From NCBI GenBank assembly GCA_025201805.1, contig MU619264.1, positions 1 through 64,000 of the forward strand: a DNA stretch of 64,000 bases. The letters run 5' to 3'. A program made the position numbers and the translations under genes. This document shows positions 1 to 14,879 of the stretch, piece by piece. The notes beneath the pieces were generated by a model. It was not told the origin of the DNA. It saw nothing but the letters and a program-made list of their open reading frames with translations, and made no database searches. Position 1 is the stretch's first letter; every line of letters begins with the position of its first letter. The DNA comes from Parasitella parasitica NRRL 2501. Its lineage: Eukaryota > Fungi > Mucoromycota.

Positions 1-23
1 AAAAAAAAAAAAAAAAAAAAAAA
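1..23. repeat. poly(A) tract at window edge
   Basis: 23 consecutive A. Confidence 0.9.
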
Positions 24-2469
24 GATAATAGTAATAAAGAATCCGAATTAAACCGTTAAAATATGTTGGATTAAAAAAAGATAATAAAAACCAAATGTTA
101 ACGAGATACGAAAACTTAAAGATACTTTATTAATGATCGAAATTGCGTCTGCTATTTACACTTTTTACAACTACATAAATTTATGGTTATTTAGATTACT
201 AATTGACAAGACTAATTCACAGTGACAATTTACTTGACAGGGTACGATGTAAGGTTATACAACAAGGGCTACACGTCTTTGATCTGACAGTGCCTTAATT
301 TTTTTTCTGGTGCTCAGATCTATGTTACTACTGGAATAACCTTCTTGAGTTGAAACAGTGAGTTTATTTTTTAGTTTACACAAGCGTATCATATCATTGG
401 ACAATCTTCAATCTTCAATTGAAGTACATTGCCATGTTTTCCTATCTATAATTTTGCAGATCAGTAAAAGATTTGAGAAAGTAATAAAAACTTAATTTAC
501 CAGATACCATTGACTTTTTTTGACTGATAAGATGCTGTACCTTTATGTTATTTGAATAACTGTAAATGAATATAAATCTACGAATAAAATCAGATATCAT
601 GTTAGACATTTGATTGTCAAAGATTATAACGTATCTCCATATCTGATCGGCTAATCATTTTGAATACGAATCTATAAAGGATATGGACAATATATTATAT
701 ATATATAAAACAAGGTAGCTCATCCAGATTACCGTATAGATCTTATGATCTAGTTCGGAGAGGAGGTATCTGACGATCATATTTGTATTGCTTTTTTTAT
801 TGATATCCAAAAAGATAATGGTTGATAACACAAATTTCTATATAAAAATTGCATATAATTGCTGATAGGCTTCGATAAAGAGAAAAATGAAGCCTGTCTT
901 ATGCATAACTTGGTTTCCACTGGGTGGTGTCTCTACCAAAAGTTACCTGCAAAAACAGAGTTTTTTTTTCATAATCTATTGTAAATATCGTAGGATTGCG
1001 GTCTAACCAGGGAAACTAGGCATTGGCTTAATCTTCACAGAATGATGTTCTCCATTTATCCCTTACTGATTTTTAGAGCATCACAACTTGTTTGATGCGA
1101 ACCTTAATGTGAATGGGTAGCTAAAGTGCTATAGAATATGACTTTAAAAAGTGTTTTTATGTAGCTTCATTTTGGAGTAAATGAATACCATAAAGACTAA
1201 TTCATTACTATTTCTCGAAAGGGTATAGTCTACAACGCCTACTATTTCTATGAAATACTAGGCAATAGAGATATCTTTTTCAGACAGACCTTCCCTCTTA
1301 TACGCATACTCAAGTTTCATGTACATCTGTATTTACCCTTTGGAAAAGCTTCAAGGTCATTTTTAGTTGCGGATTTGGTGTCCAAGCTTAAAATAAATTT
1401 TAATGCTATTAATTAGACAGAAGTTCAACACTCTTTTTAATTCCTCAAATCTATCTTTGCTCTCCAGAAATTGCCAAAACAAGGCTTTATTGCATATAGT
1501 TCTATGTTAGTTTTCAAATGTTGAGCGTAAATTATAGCCGATTGAAGTACACTTGCGGGCGCACCTAAATGTATTTGTCATCTTGCTCTGCTCGCCGTTT
1601 TAAAGAGGTAGCGTTGACTTTGTCTACAGACTATCAAGACATTTTTATTTGAGTAACTATTAAGATGCTTGGAATTGGATTCTGTAGTAGATGTCAAGGG
1701 TTAAGGTTGATATATGTAGGTGTTTTTTTTTGGATTTGTTACTAGCAAGGACTAGATTCGATTTTACGAAATTGAAAATGAGGGGCAGGTAAATTGAATA
1801 GCCCAAAATACATCAGTGGGATCAAGAATTAGTGGTTTGCACTTAATTCCTCACAATAAGCTTCTATAGCATTTAGTCAACTAGACAGAAGAAATAGCAT
1901 TGGTTTTAGGAGAGAGACCAAACGTTGTAACTATGTTGACTTCACGATTTTCGAGAACCCCGTAATTTTGCAAAGCGACAAAAAACAGAGTATGGTTTTT
2001 CGCACTAAACTCGTAGCATCATCTTGTTTAGAAATTTTGTCTGTAGATGCGGCACATTCGGGGAATAAGGCTCAATCTAAGAAATTTGATAAACAAAAAA
2101 AAAAAAGAGTTTAGAAAAAGAATCTTTTGCTGTCTTCACAGATATTGCTATAATGAGCATATGCCAAATTTCGGTAAGACATACAATGCATCATTTCGTT
2201 GTAAAAGCAAAATCCAATATAACCTCTGACTCAATAGGTAAATCTTTAAAAAAAAAATTGCGAATAATTGAAGGCCGTACTACTATTTAATGCTCATTCT
2301 CGCCACAGCAGTTATGCACCTATTTGAAGTTAGTGTCATATGCTGATCACAATTATTAGAAAAAAGAGTCTTGGTTTGTGGTACCTCGAACACACCAAAA
2401 GAATTTCCAATTAAACAATTGTCCCTTTTTTTTTTTCTTTCTTCTTTTGCAGTATCAGAGTTAGCGAAT

Positions 2470-5026
2470 ATGGTATGTAATGTAAACCATTTAATTGAGT
2501 GCTATTCTAAAAAATCTACAATAGTTACCTATGATACCAAGAGAATCTAGTGATGATGATAGACCTATAGGTCTAAAATTTACTCGCAATAATTTTTTCA
2601 GTTTTCCCAAAAGAGATAACAGTGAGAGTTTAAAAAGAACACCTTCATCAAACAGCAACAGTAGCAGCATACATCAATCACCACTGATGATGAGGAACTT
2701 TGATGATCATTACCAGCAGCAATTTCAACAACGAAACAGCAATCAATCTAGCCATAGCCAGTCTTCTTCGTCTCCACTACCTGTATTATCACCTACATTG
2801 CCAGCAAGATCGCCGTTTCGTATGAGAGATTCCCAGCAAGCTTCTGCTGTTACTTCTTCCACAACTCCAAGGCCACATGGTAATACTGAAATTTTGTGTG
2901 CCATAGAGATCACTAATGAAAACTATCTGTATATATAGATGCGAACAATAAGTCAAATTCAAGCTTAGATGAGCAACCTGCTATCTATTCTTCCATATCA
3001 TCATCCTCTTCTTCCTCAGTTGCGACAGTAGAAGAAGACCTTAGTCAGGGACTCGAGGCTATATGGAAGTTGAAACCGAACCCTCAACCACAATCACAAC
3101 CAATGCTACATAGTAAAGACGATAAGTCGAATATTGATTCTGACGACATGCTGATGCAGTTACTTGTATCGCACGCTATGATTGATGCCCGAGAGTATAA
3201 AGTATTGTCATTTGAGGAATACGAAACTTTGAAACAGGTAACTTCGCTCAACATGATTTTGCGTATCCTGCAACTTACAGGTGAATTGTTTGCAGCACCA
3301 CGCAAGGTTAAAAACCCGTGTAAAGAGCTCCCTCTCAAAACTAGAGTTAGACAAGAAAATCCAAGAGACATCGCACTCACTATCCAACTTATCCCCCAAC
3401 AAAAACCGAGAATCAGTCATGCTGCTTCTGAATGAAACAGTAGAAGCAGATAAAAAAGTAAAAATAATGACACAAAGATTAAATGAACTGCAATCCGAAG
3501 AAGTAGAAACTCAATATCAAATACTAAAGCACACAGCTGGCATTCTGTGTCTTGGTTTACAAAAGTTGGAAAATTCGAACGAGTGGACATCATCCTCAGT
3601 AAAATTAGCAGCAAATCCTAAGGAGCAATTTAGTGATCTACAATTTCAGTTGGACATGATCACACAAGCGTTAAAAAACATGCTTATAAAATATGATGTT
3701 CATGCCATCATCCATTCTCATTCATGTGCTAACGACTTGCTGGATCAATTGGAAGTACAGTTAAATACTTATAAATTGCAATCCAAAAAGTTAGCAACTA
3801 CGCAAGAAAAATCTCGGCTAGAATCCGTATCTGAAAAGAAACTTGCAATCGATTTGAAAGCTTCAGAAGAGAAAAACAACTCTTTCGAAGCAAAAGTCTC
3901 TCAGCTACAAAAAGAAATTGACAGTATGATGGCGACAAATGTATGGGTACCTCAAGGCAACGCTGGTTTTGCAGATAGCAGTAATAGCCTAATCGGAAAA
4001 ATTGAATCAGAGCTGTGCACCACCAAAGAAAACCAACAACGGGTCGAAAAAGAGCTTGAGGCTGGGTATACCCAAGTCGCTCAACTGAAAGCTACGGTAG
4101 CCGAAATGGAATTGCAAGCAAGCAAGATCAAATCACAGGCCGCTGTCTTTCTAAATAAGGAACAAAAGCTTAAAAAAGAAGTACAGCAGTATCGAGATGA
4201 AGTGGTTCAATTACGTATCGATAAAGAAAAATGGGAGCGAACTATAAAGCGTAAAACTGTCACACAAGCATTGGACAACGATGGATCTGCAGCACCTGAA
4301 GAGGTTGAAGCGAGATACGAACAGCAGCTGGAGGAACAAGAGCAAGAATACCAAGCTCAATTGAAAGAGCAAGCTGCATTGTTGAATAAAACTACTCGCC
4401 AATGCGAGCATTTGCAACAAGAACACGACAAATTGTCAGCCACCTGCAAAGACCTTGAGCTTTTGATCCGAGACAAGCAAAGGACCTTGGATTCTCGAGA
4501 AGTCCAAGTCAATCAACTCAAAACAGAGATACAACAGCAACAAAAGATCCTAGCAACAACAAAGGGTGGTAGAAAACATGAAGCATTACAGCAATTGCAA
4601 GCCATTTTTTCGGAAAAAGAAGCAGCGTGGATCGAGAAAAGTTCAACCATGGAGGCCAATTTTGAAGGCATCTTGAAAGAATTTGACCGTTTGACTGGTA
4701 CAGCACTGGAATTCGAGACTGACAAAATGAACTACGAAAGGCGCATCGAGAAATTAACGCAGGAAGTTGAAGAGCTCGAGTCAAGTTTAGCGCACGAAAA
4801 GACCAAGAATTTAGGGCATGAGTCAGACACACCCACAACAGCTTCGCTTCGTAAAGAATTCCGAAAGATGATCACTGACATGAAGGCTGATCACCAGCGC
4901 ACATTGGATAGAGAAGCAGAGGAAAAGAGGCGGTTAGAGAAGCAATTAAAAGATCTCAAACATCAACGAGAAATGTCTCGATACGAACGTATTAATAAAG
5001 GTGTGCAAACCCTTTTCATGGCTTAA
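2470..5026 (+). CDS. Uds1 (up-regulated during septation)-domain coiled-coil protein, spliced
   Basis: ATG 2470 then intron 2473-2524 joins in frame to ORF 2531; introns ~2880-2938 and ~3238-3295; motif DDMLMQLLVSHAMIDAREYKVLSFEEYETLKQ...QILKHTAGILCLG; long heptad coiled coil ending TASLRKEFRKMITDMKADH. Confidence 0.7.
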
Positions 5027-5099
5027 ATAGCTATGCTTAATTGACATGTGAAATAAACCTCTTCTTTTTAATATTTCCATTAGAGAAAAACGAGAAAAT

Positions 5100-6466
5100 T
5101 TACATCATCACTCTATTAGAACCATTACTTGATGAAACAGCTACATTATTTGCCAAACCAACAGAAGGTTGTGATGGCTGATTTCGTTCTTCAATAGCGT
5201 CCCAAGATAATGTCCATTCCCGCTTCACTTTTTGCCATGTTGTAGGGTCGAAAAATACATACACGCCACGATCCAAGGCATTAGGTGAGGTCCTTCGGAA
5301 AGCCTGCACAGGTCTACCATTCTCATCTGTTTCTTTTGTTAGCCATAACCCTAATTCCTTATGGTAACGCCAATTACGAGCATATCTGAACAAGGGCGAC
5401 AAGCAAAGGTTAATACATCAAATCGAAGGTTCAACAGTAAACATACAATTCCTGTGCTGCTGCCTCCTGGGCAATGTCCTTTGGCATACAATAAAACACA
5501 TAAAACAAGATTTCATCAGAGAATGTTCTCATACGTTGGTGGGCTGGTGGGGTAGCTTGGACATTACGATAGCAAGCAGGCAAATAATAACCTGGCTCCA
5601 CGTTCAAACCAGGTAAGGTTTGTGTATCGGACCAAGGTGATATAAACGTCGAGTATATCGAACTGCAGAGAATATGTCAAAAACGCGTAAATCAAAAGAA
5701 TAAAAAAGCTTACTCTGCTGTATTGAGATCCAAGCCAAGGGTAGTCAAATCACTACCAAGCGCCAACATACTGCGATCGGGATCAGTCATTCTAATAACC
5801 CCCAGTAGTCCTAGTAGGCCATATGGGTCTGTTGGTTTGCTGTCCGTCGAAGTTAAATCGTCTTGTTTCCTTGGTGGTCCTGCTGGTGTCTAGTAAGAAA
5901 GGAGTTGAATGTCGACATCATCACGCAAATACAATGAAATGCTTACCCAAGGTTCTGAAGAGTTGATTTTATCTGAAAATGGTTTTCCTAACATCACATC
6001 TTTTGTTAAGTGTGTGATGCTACAATCAATTGGCCGAGAATAACCTACCTGCTTGTTGACCTTCTCGTAAATTAGCATAGTCTAACCACTGTTCAGGCTT
6101 CCCACCAGAGTCTCTGCCTATCGCGTTGTCGAATGGCGATGCAGAACTACCAAGTGCTGGAAACTCGTCCATGGAAAATGATCTCGGTGCCAGATTTCTA
6201 TTATTCACTGATGGCGGCAGCTCGCCATTGAAGTTGTTTCTGCTAAATGCAAGAGGGTTTTTGTTATGCGCAGAAAATTCCATGCTGTCTATCTCTTGCT
6301 GCTGTTGTAGAAACCCATTATTACCTGCTGTCGAGGCATAACTTGCAAGACGGTTTGGCATAGATGGCGTTGTCGAGTTGGGCACAACTGCATTTCGGTT
6401 CATTGCTGGTGGTGTTCCCAGTGCAGGAAACTCGTTTAAATCAGCTGTTGTATTAGGACGGAACAT
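5100..6466 (-). CDS. NOT2: CCR4-NOT complex subunit Not2 (NOT2/3/5 domain), multi-exon
   Basis: DPYGLLGLLGVIRMTDPDRSMLALGSDLTTLGLDLN; RNWRYHKELGLWLTK...GVYVFFDPTTWQKVKRE; N-terminal EFPALG repeats. Confidence 0.9.
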
Positions 6467-6721
6467 TATAGCGTATATTCACAACCGTAAAGTATATAAA
6501 ACAAGAGTTAAAAAAAAGCAAGAAAGACTCCATAGCCATTTAGAGGTTTAGAATAGCAAAAAAAATTGCATCTAAAGCCGGTGACGTGGTGGAGGAGGAT
6601 GCGATTGCACTACATGTAATCCAACGCTTGTGACTCCAATCACGGCTATTAAAAGGGAGTGTTGGCTAATCCATGCTTCTCCTTTCAGAAGCTACATCTT
6701 TACCCCGGGAAACAAGCAGCC

Positions 6722-7282
6722 ATGACCTCCACAAGCAGCATCTACCTCTTTAGACATGTGCAGACAAAGCAAATCTTGGTTAGCTTAAGACAAAACATGA
6801 AGGTCAGAACATGAGATGTCAAAAGTGTCAAAAATGCTAAACGCTAAACGCTAAACGCTTTTTATGTGTAGAACAAAGTATTAAATCAACTTGGAACATC
6901 ACATAGACAGCCTCAATTAAGAAAGGATTTATGGCGCCCTCTAGTTGCTTTGACAGGCTTTCAATCGCCTCAGTCTGCACAGGCAGTTACAGATGCCCTG
7001 CTCCAGCGTTCAAAGGCTCGCCAACTCGAATTAAAAACTAGTGATGCACATACTGCAAAGCCCAAGCGTATAAGACAAGTCGAGGAGTTGGATCTAGTTG
7101 AAAAGTCAATTGTATCGTTACGTGAAGCACTTGAAACTGTTGCTGCATCAAAGAACGAATCTAAGCTATTGGCACTTTGGGAACAGCCTTACTTTATGGA
7201 ATTGAAGGGCGACAAAGAATGGCCATCATTTTTGGAGCATGGACAATTGGAATTGCGAAATAGTCGCTTTGTAAAAGAATAA
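6722..7282 (+). CDS. MHR1: Mitochondrial ribosomal protein mL67 / Mhr1-like
   Basis: Exon 1 6722-6802 MTSTSSIYLFRHVQTKQILVSL, intron 6803-6871, exon 2 ...PQLRKDLWRPLVALTGF in frame with ORF 6950-7282; RxDxWRP motif typical of Mhr1. Confidence 0.7.
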
Positions 7283-8670
7283 GTGTTGCGTTTTGTAGTA
7301 TATAGATTAGAGGTATATTGTGTTTAATAAAAAAAATCTGTTATAATGGACATTTACATAGTGGTGGCTTGCCCTTACAGCATATTACAGGGAGGGGTGC
7401 GGGAGATTTCGACGGACGAATCAGAAATCTGATTGTAGATTTTTGTTGGAACAGTGTAAGCAACATGTGCACAGAAAGAAGTAAGCTTTCAGATAAATAG
7501 AAGCCTATATGTTTGGAAAATTGCCGTTGGACTACTTCTTGGCGTTGACGTGAATGGTTGAGGCAAGGTTTCCCAGAAAGTATCTTTTAAAAGCTGTTTT
7601 TTTTTCCAACCTGCTTCTCCTAATGCTCACAGAAGTCATATATGGTTGACTCTTTTCTTTCTCAAGGCAATCATACGCTGTTTACTGGGGAACTCCTTCA
7701 CAAATAAACTAATAGCAGCATTTTCGTGAGATCGATTCAATAGTGGGTTAGTTCTACTGCGATACCCTACACAATACTGTCAAAGATATAAAAATATGAA
7801 ATTTTACAAAAAAAGCTTCATTCTGATCACAACCTATCTAATGTTGGCGCATGCAGTGATTATCACTTGTTTGACCAGTTGAAAATTGTCTCTAATACAT
7901 TCATCAAAGGTAACTCGGTTAAAGCCTTGTAATTGTCACCAAAATTATTACAAATCGCCTGGACTTTGGGTAATAGGTTGAAAGGGCTTGCTAGGGATCT
8001 TTTGGGAAGAATTACCAACTCCATTGCGCCCTTTACATTAAAGATTTATAATCTTTTGATCTTGCTTGAGATAGCTACGGATGGCTTAAAAGCACAATTT
8101 TAGTGAAGAAAATTCAACATTACATAGATTGGTTTAGTAATACCAGGAACTGTTGTAGGAAGAACATGCAATTTGCATTTTTAGTGGAATGGCCGAGCTC
8201 ATTATAATCAACGCAAGCGGTCCTAGTTATCATATTAATATCACTGTTTATCAGTACCATTGACTTCCTGACTCTTCCGTATCTCAAAAATTGAATTAGT
8301 CTTTTATGCACTGCTGTGTAGAAAAGTGGTAGAAAGATAGAGGTTAGCGAATTATGACTGAAATTAACTTTGCCATGTCTAGTCTCAATCAGTTTATAAC
8401 TACGATGATCTTTTCACATGAACAGAGGCATGTCTACTCTTTGATAACTAGACATTATATAACACGGCGGAAAACTGCAAATTAAACATGTGGCAACTTG
8501 GTTTCCATGATGTCCAAGAAAAGATAGCTTCTAGCTTCTACTTTGTCCAAAATTACATCTTGATTCGCCAGAAAAAAAACACATCATCCTGAATTTGAAG
8601 CAGGTTTCTTAAAACCCAGTTTTTGAATGACCGGGACAACAGTATCTGTTTCTTTTTGTCCATCACACAA

Positions 8671-9333
8671 ATGTCAAATAATGAGCAAGCATCAGCCAGA
8701 GATTATATCAAATCTTATGTGAAAGAGTCAGATTCAGAAGATTATTTACAGAAAGAACAACCTCATTATGACCCTACAAAGCCAATCCAATCCCCGCAAC
8801 CTACACCTGTTGAACAAAACCCATTGCCTGAACATACGCAAACTTCAGAGCATTACAATGTCCATTTACCAACACAGAACCCCATCCCATCTAATGACAA
8901 CAATGACTGGAAAGAACCAAAAACACAGCAGCAGCAGCAAGAGCAGCAGCAAGAGCCTATCTGGGCTGCTCGAGACTTCAAAGAACAGAGAAAAGAAGTC
9001 CATGAAACATCACTCACAGTATGCGCAGATCTTCACGAGAATTTAATGACATGCTTTCAGCATGGAAGCTGGTGGGATAAAGCAAAAATGTGTGAAGAAC
9101 AAAAGCAGAGATTTTGGACTTGTTATAACGCGCAAAAGGTTGGTATTATATTGCGCTTTACTTTATATATTTGTTTATTCATTTTCTAATAATGCGATAT
9201 GCAGAAATTCTTGAAAGAGGTCAATTTTAAAGGTCCTGTTAATACAGAAAAGGAAGATAATGAGATTTTATTGAGAGCTTATAAACTTCGTGATAAAATT
9301 GACAAGCAGCAACAGCGAAAATCACAAGATTGA
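8671..9333 (+). CDS. twin CX9C motif protein, probable mitochondrial intermembrane-space protein
   Basis: C-ADLHENLMT-C ... C-EEQKQRFWT-C; intron ~9139-9204; exon 2 KFLKEVNFKGP...QD* ends 9333. Confidence 0.7.
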
Positions 9334-10283
9334 TTATATATACAATGGGTTTCTTGGCCACTAAACGAAAGATAAACTATGCCATGTGCTATAGAAGAGA
9401 TTAACCTGAAAACGTTCGTTTTATTTTCAAAAATTGGTTTCCTGTCAAATAAAAGATAAATGGTTATCTCAAGCTATAATAAGTTACAACTGTTAAATAT
9501 TTAAATGCATTTTAACAAAGTTATATTATTCATACTTGTAAGTATTTATTCCACCAGCTTATACTACAAGATTGGCTAAAGTAAGAAAAAAGATTCGTCG
9601 AAATAGTCGAATTTAGGATTTATTGAAAGCAATGGTATTGCAGAAAAACTATTTTATTGATAAAGTCTTCTCATAAATTTCTGAAAAAAGAGTTTATTTT
9701 TGGTAATTACAGGTACATTCTATATGAGCATACTATGCTCATTCACATCATCCGTCTCAATTTTGGTTGAAATAAATGCCTTACAGCAGTCTAAACCATT
9801 GTATGTAATCTGAAATTTTGTGTTAAAATATAAAGACGATCAAAAAAGATAAAATCAGCTCAGTTGCTGGTTTGATCGTCAATCTGATTAATACAGGTAA
9901 TATCAGGATTGCCGGTTTAATGTGATGCCCATAGAGTACTAATAGTTACTATATTATTTTGACTACGCTGCCATGACAACCATTCCTGAATCGAATACAA
10001 TGTTAAAATGCTGTCAATCGTTACCACCAGTTTAAAGCAGTTGCTAAGGCAACCGTTCCCAATCGGATCTACGGCTGAATGTCGCTGGCAATTTTATAAT
10101 CCTTGTCTTTAACCAAAAGTTGAAGTGAAATGGTCACATTGAGACATCTCCCCGCCCTCGTCCTGCTTACTGTTCAGATTTATAATATTATTAAGCGGTT
10201 GAAATGCATATATTTATTGCGATATTCCAACAGGTTTCTCACAACTACAACCGCCTATCTTACTTAGATCGCATTCTGGGAAT

Positions 10284-11456
10284 ATGTCTATTGCTACTAC
10301 CGCTGTTGCTGCCTCAAAAAAAACTCCAGTATTCTTCGTTTCGCACGGAGGTGGGTAATGCATTTTGAAATGAAAGACCTGTGTGCTAACAAATATACAT
10401 GCAGGGCCCAATCTTTTGGAAGACCAGGATAAACCAGGCCATTTCTACAACTGGCTCGGCAATTATCTCAAAAATGAATTAAAACCTAGAGCCATTGTAG
10501 TGATTAGTGCTCATTGGCAAGGACAGGGCAATAATGGTGTATTTGGTACATGTAACATTCGATGAGTATGACCTACGATCACTAATTGTTTATGCCATTA
10601 TAGTGGAAACATCTGAAAAACCAAAGCTTATTTATGATTTTTTCAATTTTCCTCATCGTTACTATGAGACTTCCTGGGATCACAAAGGATCTCCTTCTAT
10701 TGCCAATCATGTCATTAACTTGCTGCAAAAGGTAAACAAGTAATATAACATCATTCTACCTACATTTTTTATCGTCCATCCAACAATTAGTCAGGTATTA
10801 ATGCGACTGGGGAGAAACGTGGGAATGACCATGGTGTTTGGGTACCATTAAAACGCGCTATGAAATCAAATCCTGATATTCCCATAATTGAATTATCAAC
10901 CTTCGAGCATGAGGATATGGCAATGCATACGAAAATGGGTGAAGCACTAGCATCTCTAAGGTAAATAGACTTGCAAAATTTAGGAAAGGCCCTGCTGTTT
11001 ATGCTAATGGCGATGTAAAACAGGGATGAGAATATTGTCATCATTGGCAGCGGAAGCGCTGTGCATAACCTGAGCACTCTGTGGACCTATGGAGATAAGC
11101 CTTCTCCTAAGTTTGTTCTTGATTTCGATAAAGGTATGGAGAGAATTGCGTGTCGTTTCACTTCTGAAGAACGTAATAATTTAGCTGCTCAACTTGATCA
11201 GCATGCTAGCTTTAGAAAATGTCATCCGACTGCTGAGGTATATGTGTGATTGTGAGTACTGAAACTATATAAAAACTAATATTTTACTTCATAGCATCTT
11301 GTTCCATTCCACGTTGCTTTGGGCGCGGCAAAATCTGACAAGGGCATAAAGCTATTAGAGGGTTACTATTCCACTCTTAGCTGGAGTTCATATGCATTTG
11401 GTTTGCCAGAGAATATCATACTTCCTAAATATGATGGAAGCGAAGCTAAATTTTGA
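10284..11456 (+). CDS. LigB-family extradiol ring-cleavage dioxygenase (DODA/YgiD-like), multi-exon
   Basis: PVFFVSHGGP, PRAIVVISAHW, IYDFFNFP, RGNDHGVWVPL, IIGSGSAVHNL, HPTAEHLVPFHVALGAA. Confidence 0.88.
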
Positions 11457-11888
11457 TATGAAAAACAATAATGGACGTTCTCTTGATTTATATGCAATGT
11501 TCAAATATCAATAAATGATGTTCTATTGTGATATTGCTATGTATATTTACTTTATAATTTATATGTTGGGTAAACATCACCAGTACGTATTATTGACATC
11601 AAGATATAAAGAGGAATTGTTTATTGATTTATTCAAGCATATAAAAGTTTTAAAACAGGTTGCATAACGCTGGCGTATTCAATTCCATGATGAGGCTTTT
11701 AGCGCAACACGTTAGCGACAGCCGCCGAGTCAATTTGTATTTGTAGAAATACATGATTAATTCAACTTGGAAAGAATATGAACTCTCACGCTCACATACC
11801 TGTTTGAGCACACTCGAAACATGTGTCAAATCAATATAAAAGAAAACGTATTTTTGCGCAATATTCATATTTTTTCTTCATATTCAAA

Positions 11889-12089
11889 ATGCCCAAGAAC
11901 CCCACTCCCACCCCCATGTCCAAGTCTGATGCATCACGCATCCAATCAACCCAAGCTAAGAACAATCGTGACACTGGCCCTAATTCCTTTGCTGCTCGTT
12001 CTCAATCTGCTGCTGACAGAAATGCCAATCAGTCTGGTGCTGGTGCTAATACCAGAAGCAGTCAAGGCCAACAGCAGCCAAAGCAATAA
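11889..12089 (+). CDS. small hydrophilic SMP/LEA-like protein (66 aa)
   Basis: aaaATG context; MSKSDASRIQSTQAKNNRDTGPNSFAARSQSAADRN matches the DAxRIQS...FAARAQxAA pattern; intronless. Confidence 0.65.
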   Translation: MPKNPTPTPMSKSDASRIQSTQAKNNRDTGPNSFAARSQSAADRNANQSGAGANTRSSQGQQQPKQ

Positions 12090-12619
12090 AGATATCATCA
12101 CTGGTCATATTACATGTAACAATGTCATCTTTGCCACTATTTTTGATAAAATACTCGTATTTTTTCAATAAAACCATTCATTTCTAAAATCGCTATATTT
12201 TCTTTTGTTTGAATATCTCAATTTTCACTTAAAGTTTGGGATAATGGTCTTTATCTTACTCATATATGACAGGTCAGTAAAAGAAACCTTATCTCTTATA
12301 TTAAAATGATAAAAATCGTAAAAAACATATAAAAGTAAAAACATTGGTAGCATTTACGTTTGTATTGTAGTGTATACACAAGTCAACAATTTTTAAATGG
12401 CCATGCTTATATATACAGACTTACAAACAGATACATTTGAGGTAAGTTCATTGTTTGGGATCAATCTGACAAGTTTCTACCCTTGGTGATGGAAATAAAC
12501 GATTGATTTAAATCCGTACGATGGCTTCATTCCCTTTGCTTTATTTTATATTAGTTTAATGTACAGAATAGTGTATATATGCCTTCTCCCCCCTCTCCCT
12601 CCTCTCTTTTCTATTTTCT

Positions 12620-13696
<1,077 letters not shown>

Positions 13697-13847
13697 AATA
13701 AATAAGTAACCGTATAATGGAAAGAAAAGAAGGAAAAAGAGACAACCAACAAAATTTATTAAAAAAAAAAAAACTAGGAACCCAACACCGAAACATTGTT
13801 GGGGAAACTCGGCGAATCAGAATTTACATGTGATGAGAGCTCCATCG

Positions 13848-14879
13848 TTATACCCTCCATCTGCCTGCTCTCAGTAGTGGCCGAACCCGTAAGAACCAGT
13901 ATCCGGCACCGTAAGCTACACCACCTATATGAGCAGCACTGTCAACAATACCCATCTATAGCAAGTATTAGATGGTGCCAATCGCATGTGAGTAGTACCT
14001 TACGTCTAATGTGGAAGCTTTGTAAATGTCGTAGGCCGCGAACAGCCCCACTACCGCAATTGCTGGCATTGGGACAATGAAAAAAACTAGAAATGTAGCT
14101 CTAGGATCTATTTCTTCAGTTAGTTCTCGCCTCTTGTTTTTTTCGAATGATGACAATTACATGCGCAGGCGAAAAACGAAGTGATGGCCATGACTGAACC
14201 TAATTTCCATGTAAATGAGTTCGAGTAACACACAATAACAATCAAGCGCTGAATTTATCGTACCTGATGCTCCCATTGAACCTCTTGAAAAATTAGCATC
14301 TCTGTTACTGCGGCCGTATTTCCCTCTTTCCAATTTGGGTTGGATGTACTTTCTATATCCATTGGCAGCTAGTGAGGATGCAATACCAGCGCCCACATAT
14401 AACATTAAGAATCGTGAGGCGCCAATAGCCCCAATAACGCCTTGACCAATACTATAAAGCACCAACATGTTGAGGCCAAGATGTTCTAATGATTTATGTG
14501 AAAATGTAGATGTCAACAGCGTGTGGTAGCGACCGTGGTGTACGGCTTCTTGGGAACAAATGAAATGTTTAGCCATTCTATCCAACCAATGCGAATCACC
14601 AAATTGCTTGTAAGCATTCACAGCATATTGCCACATGAAAAATATACCAACATTGGTGCCGATGACAGACCAGAGCACTTTGTTTGGGTCCATGTTATTG
14701 ATTTTGCGTCCAATTTGATGTAGAGGGTTCTTTTGTGTCTGGATAGCCTTTGATAATGGCTCATTGTTGTTGTAATAATGTGGCCGAATGTATGTTCTTG
14801 TCGTGGCTATTCTTTGTTGCCATTTTGTACTGGCAGATTTGCAAATACTGCTTAACCCAATAAACCTTGTTTTCAACAT
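13848..14879 (-). CDS. PCP1: mitochondrial rhomboid protease (PARL/Pcp1-like)
   Basis: Basic presequence MLKTRFIGLSS; TLLTSTFSH, HLGLNM, catalytic GASG, last exon VDSAAHIGG. Confidence 0.85.

Noticed and set aside
1117-1172. AAAGTGCTATAGAA shared with 39114 and TGTAGCTTCATT shared with 49443
   Set aside because: The matches do not extend convincingly; they cannot be told from chance in AT-rich DNA without an alignment tool.
6835-6859. (ACGCTAA)x3 in the MHR1 intron
   Set aside because: Simple slippage repeat around the branch region with no evidence of function.
7318-8400. Possible gene or relic on the minus strand
   Set aside because: Only short frames with no recognisable motif or consistent splice model.
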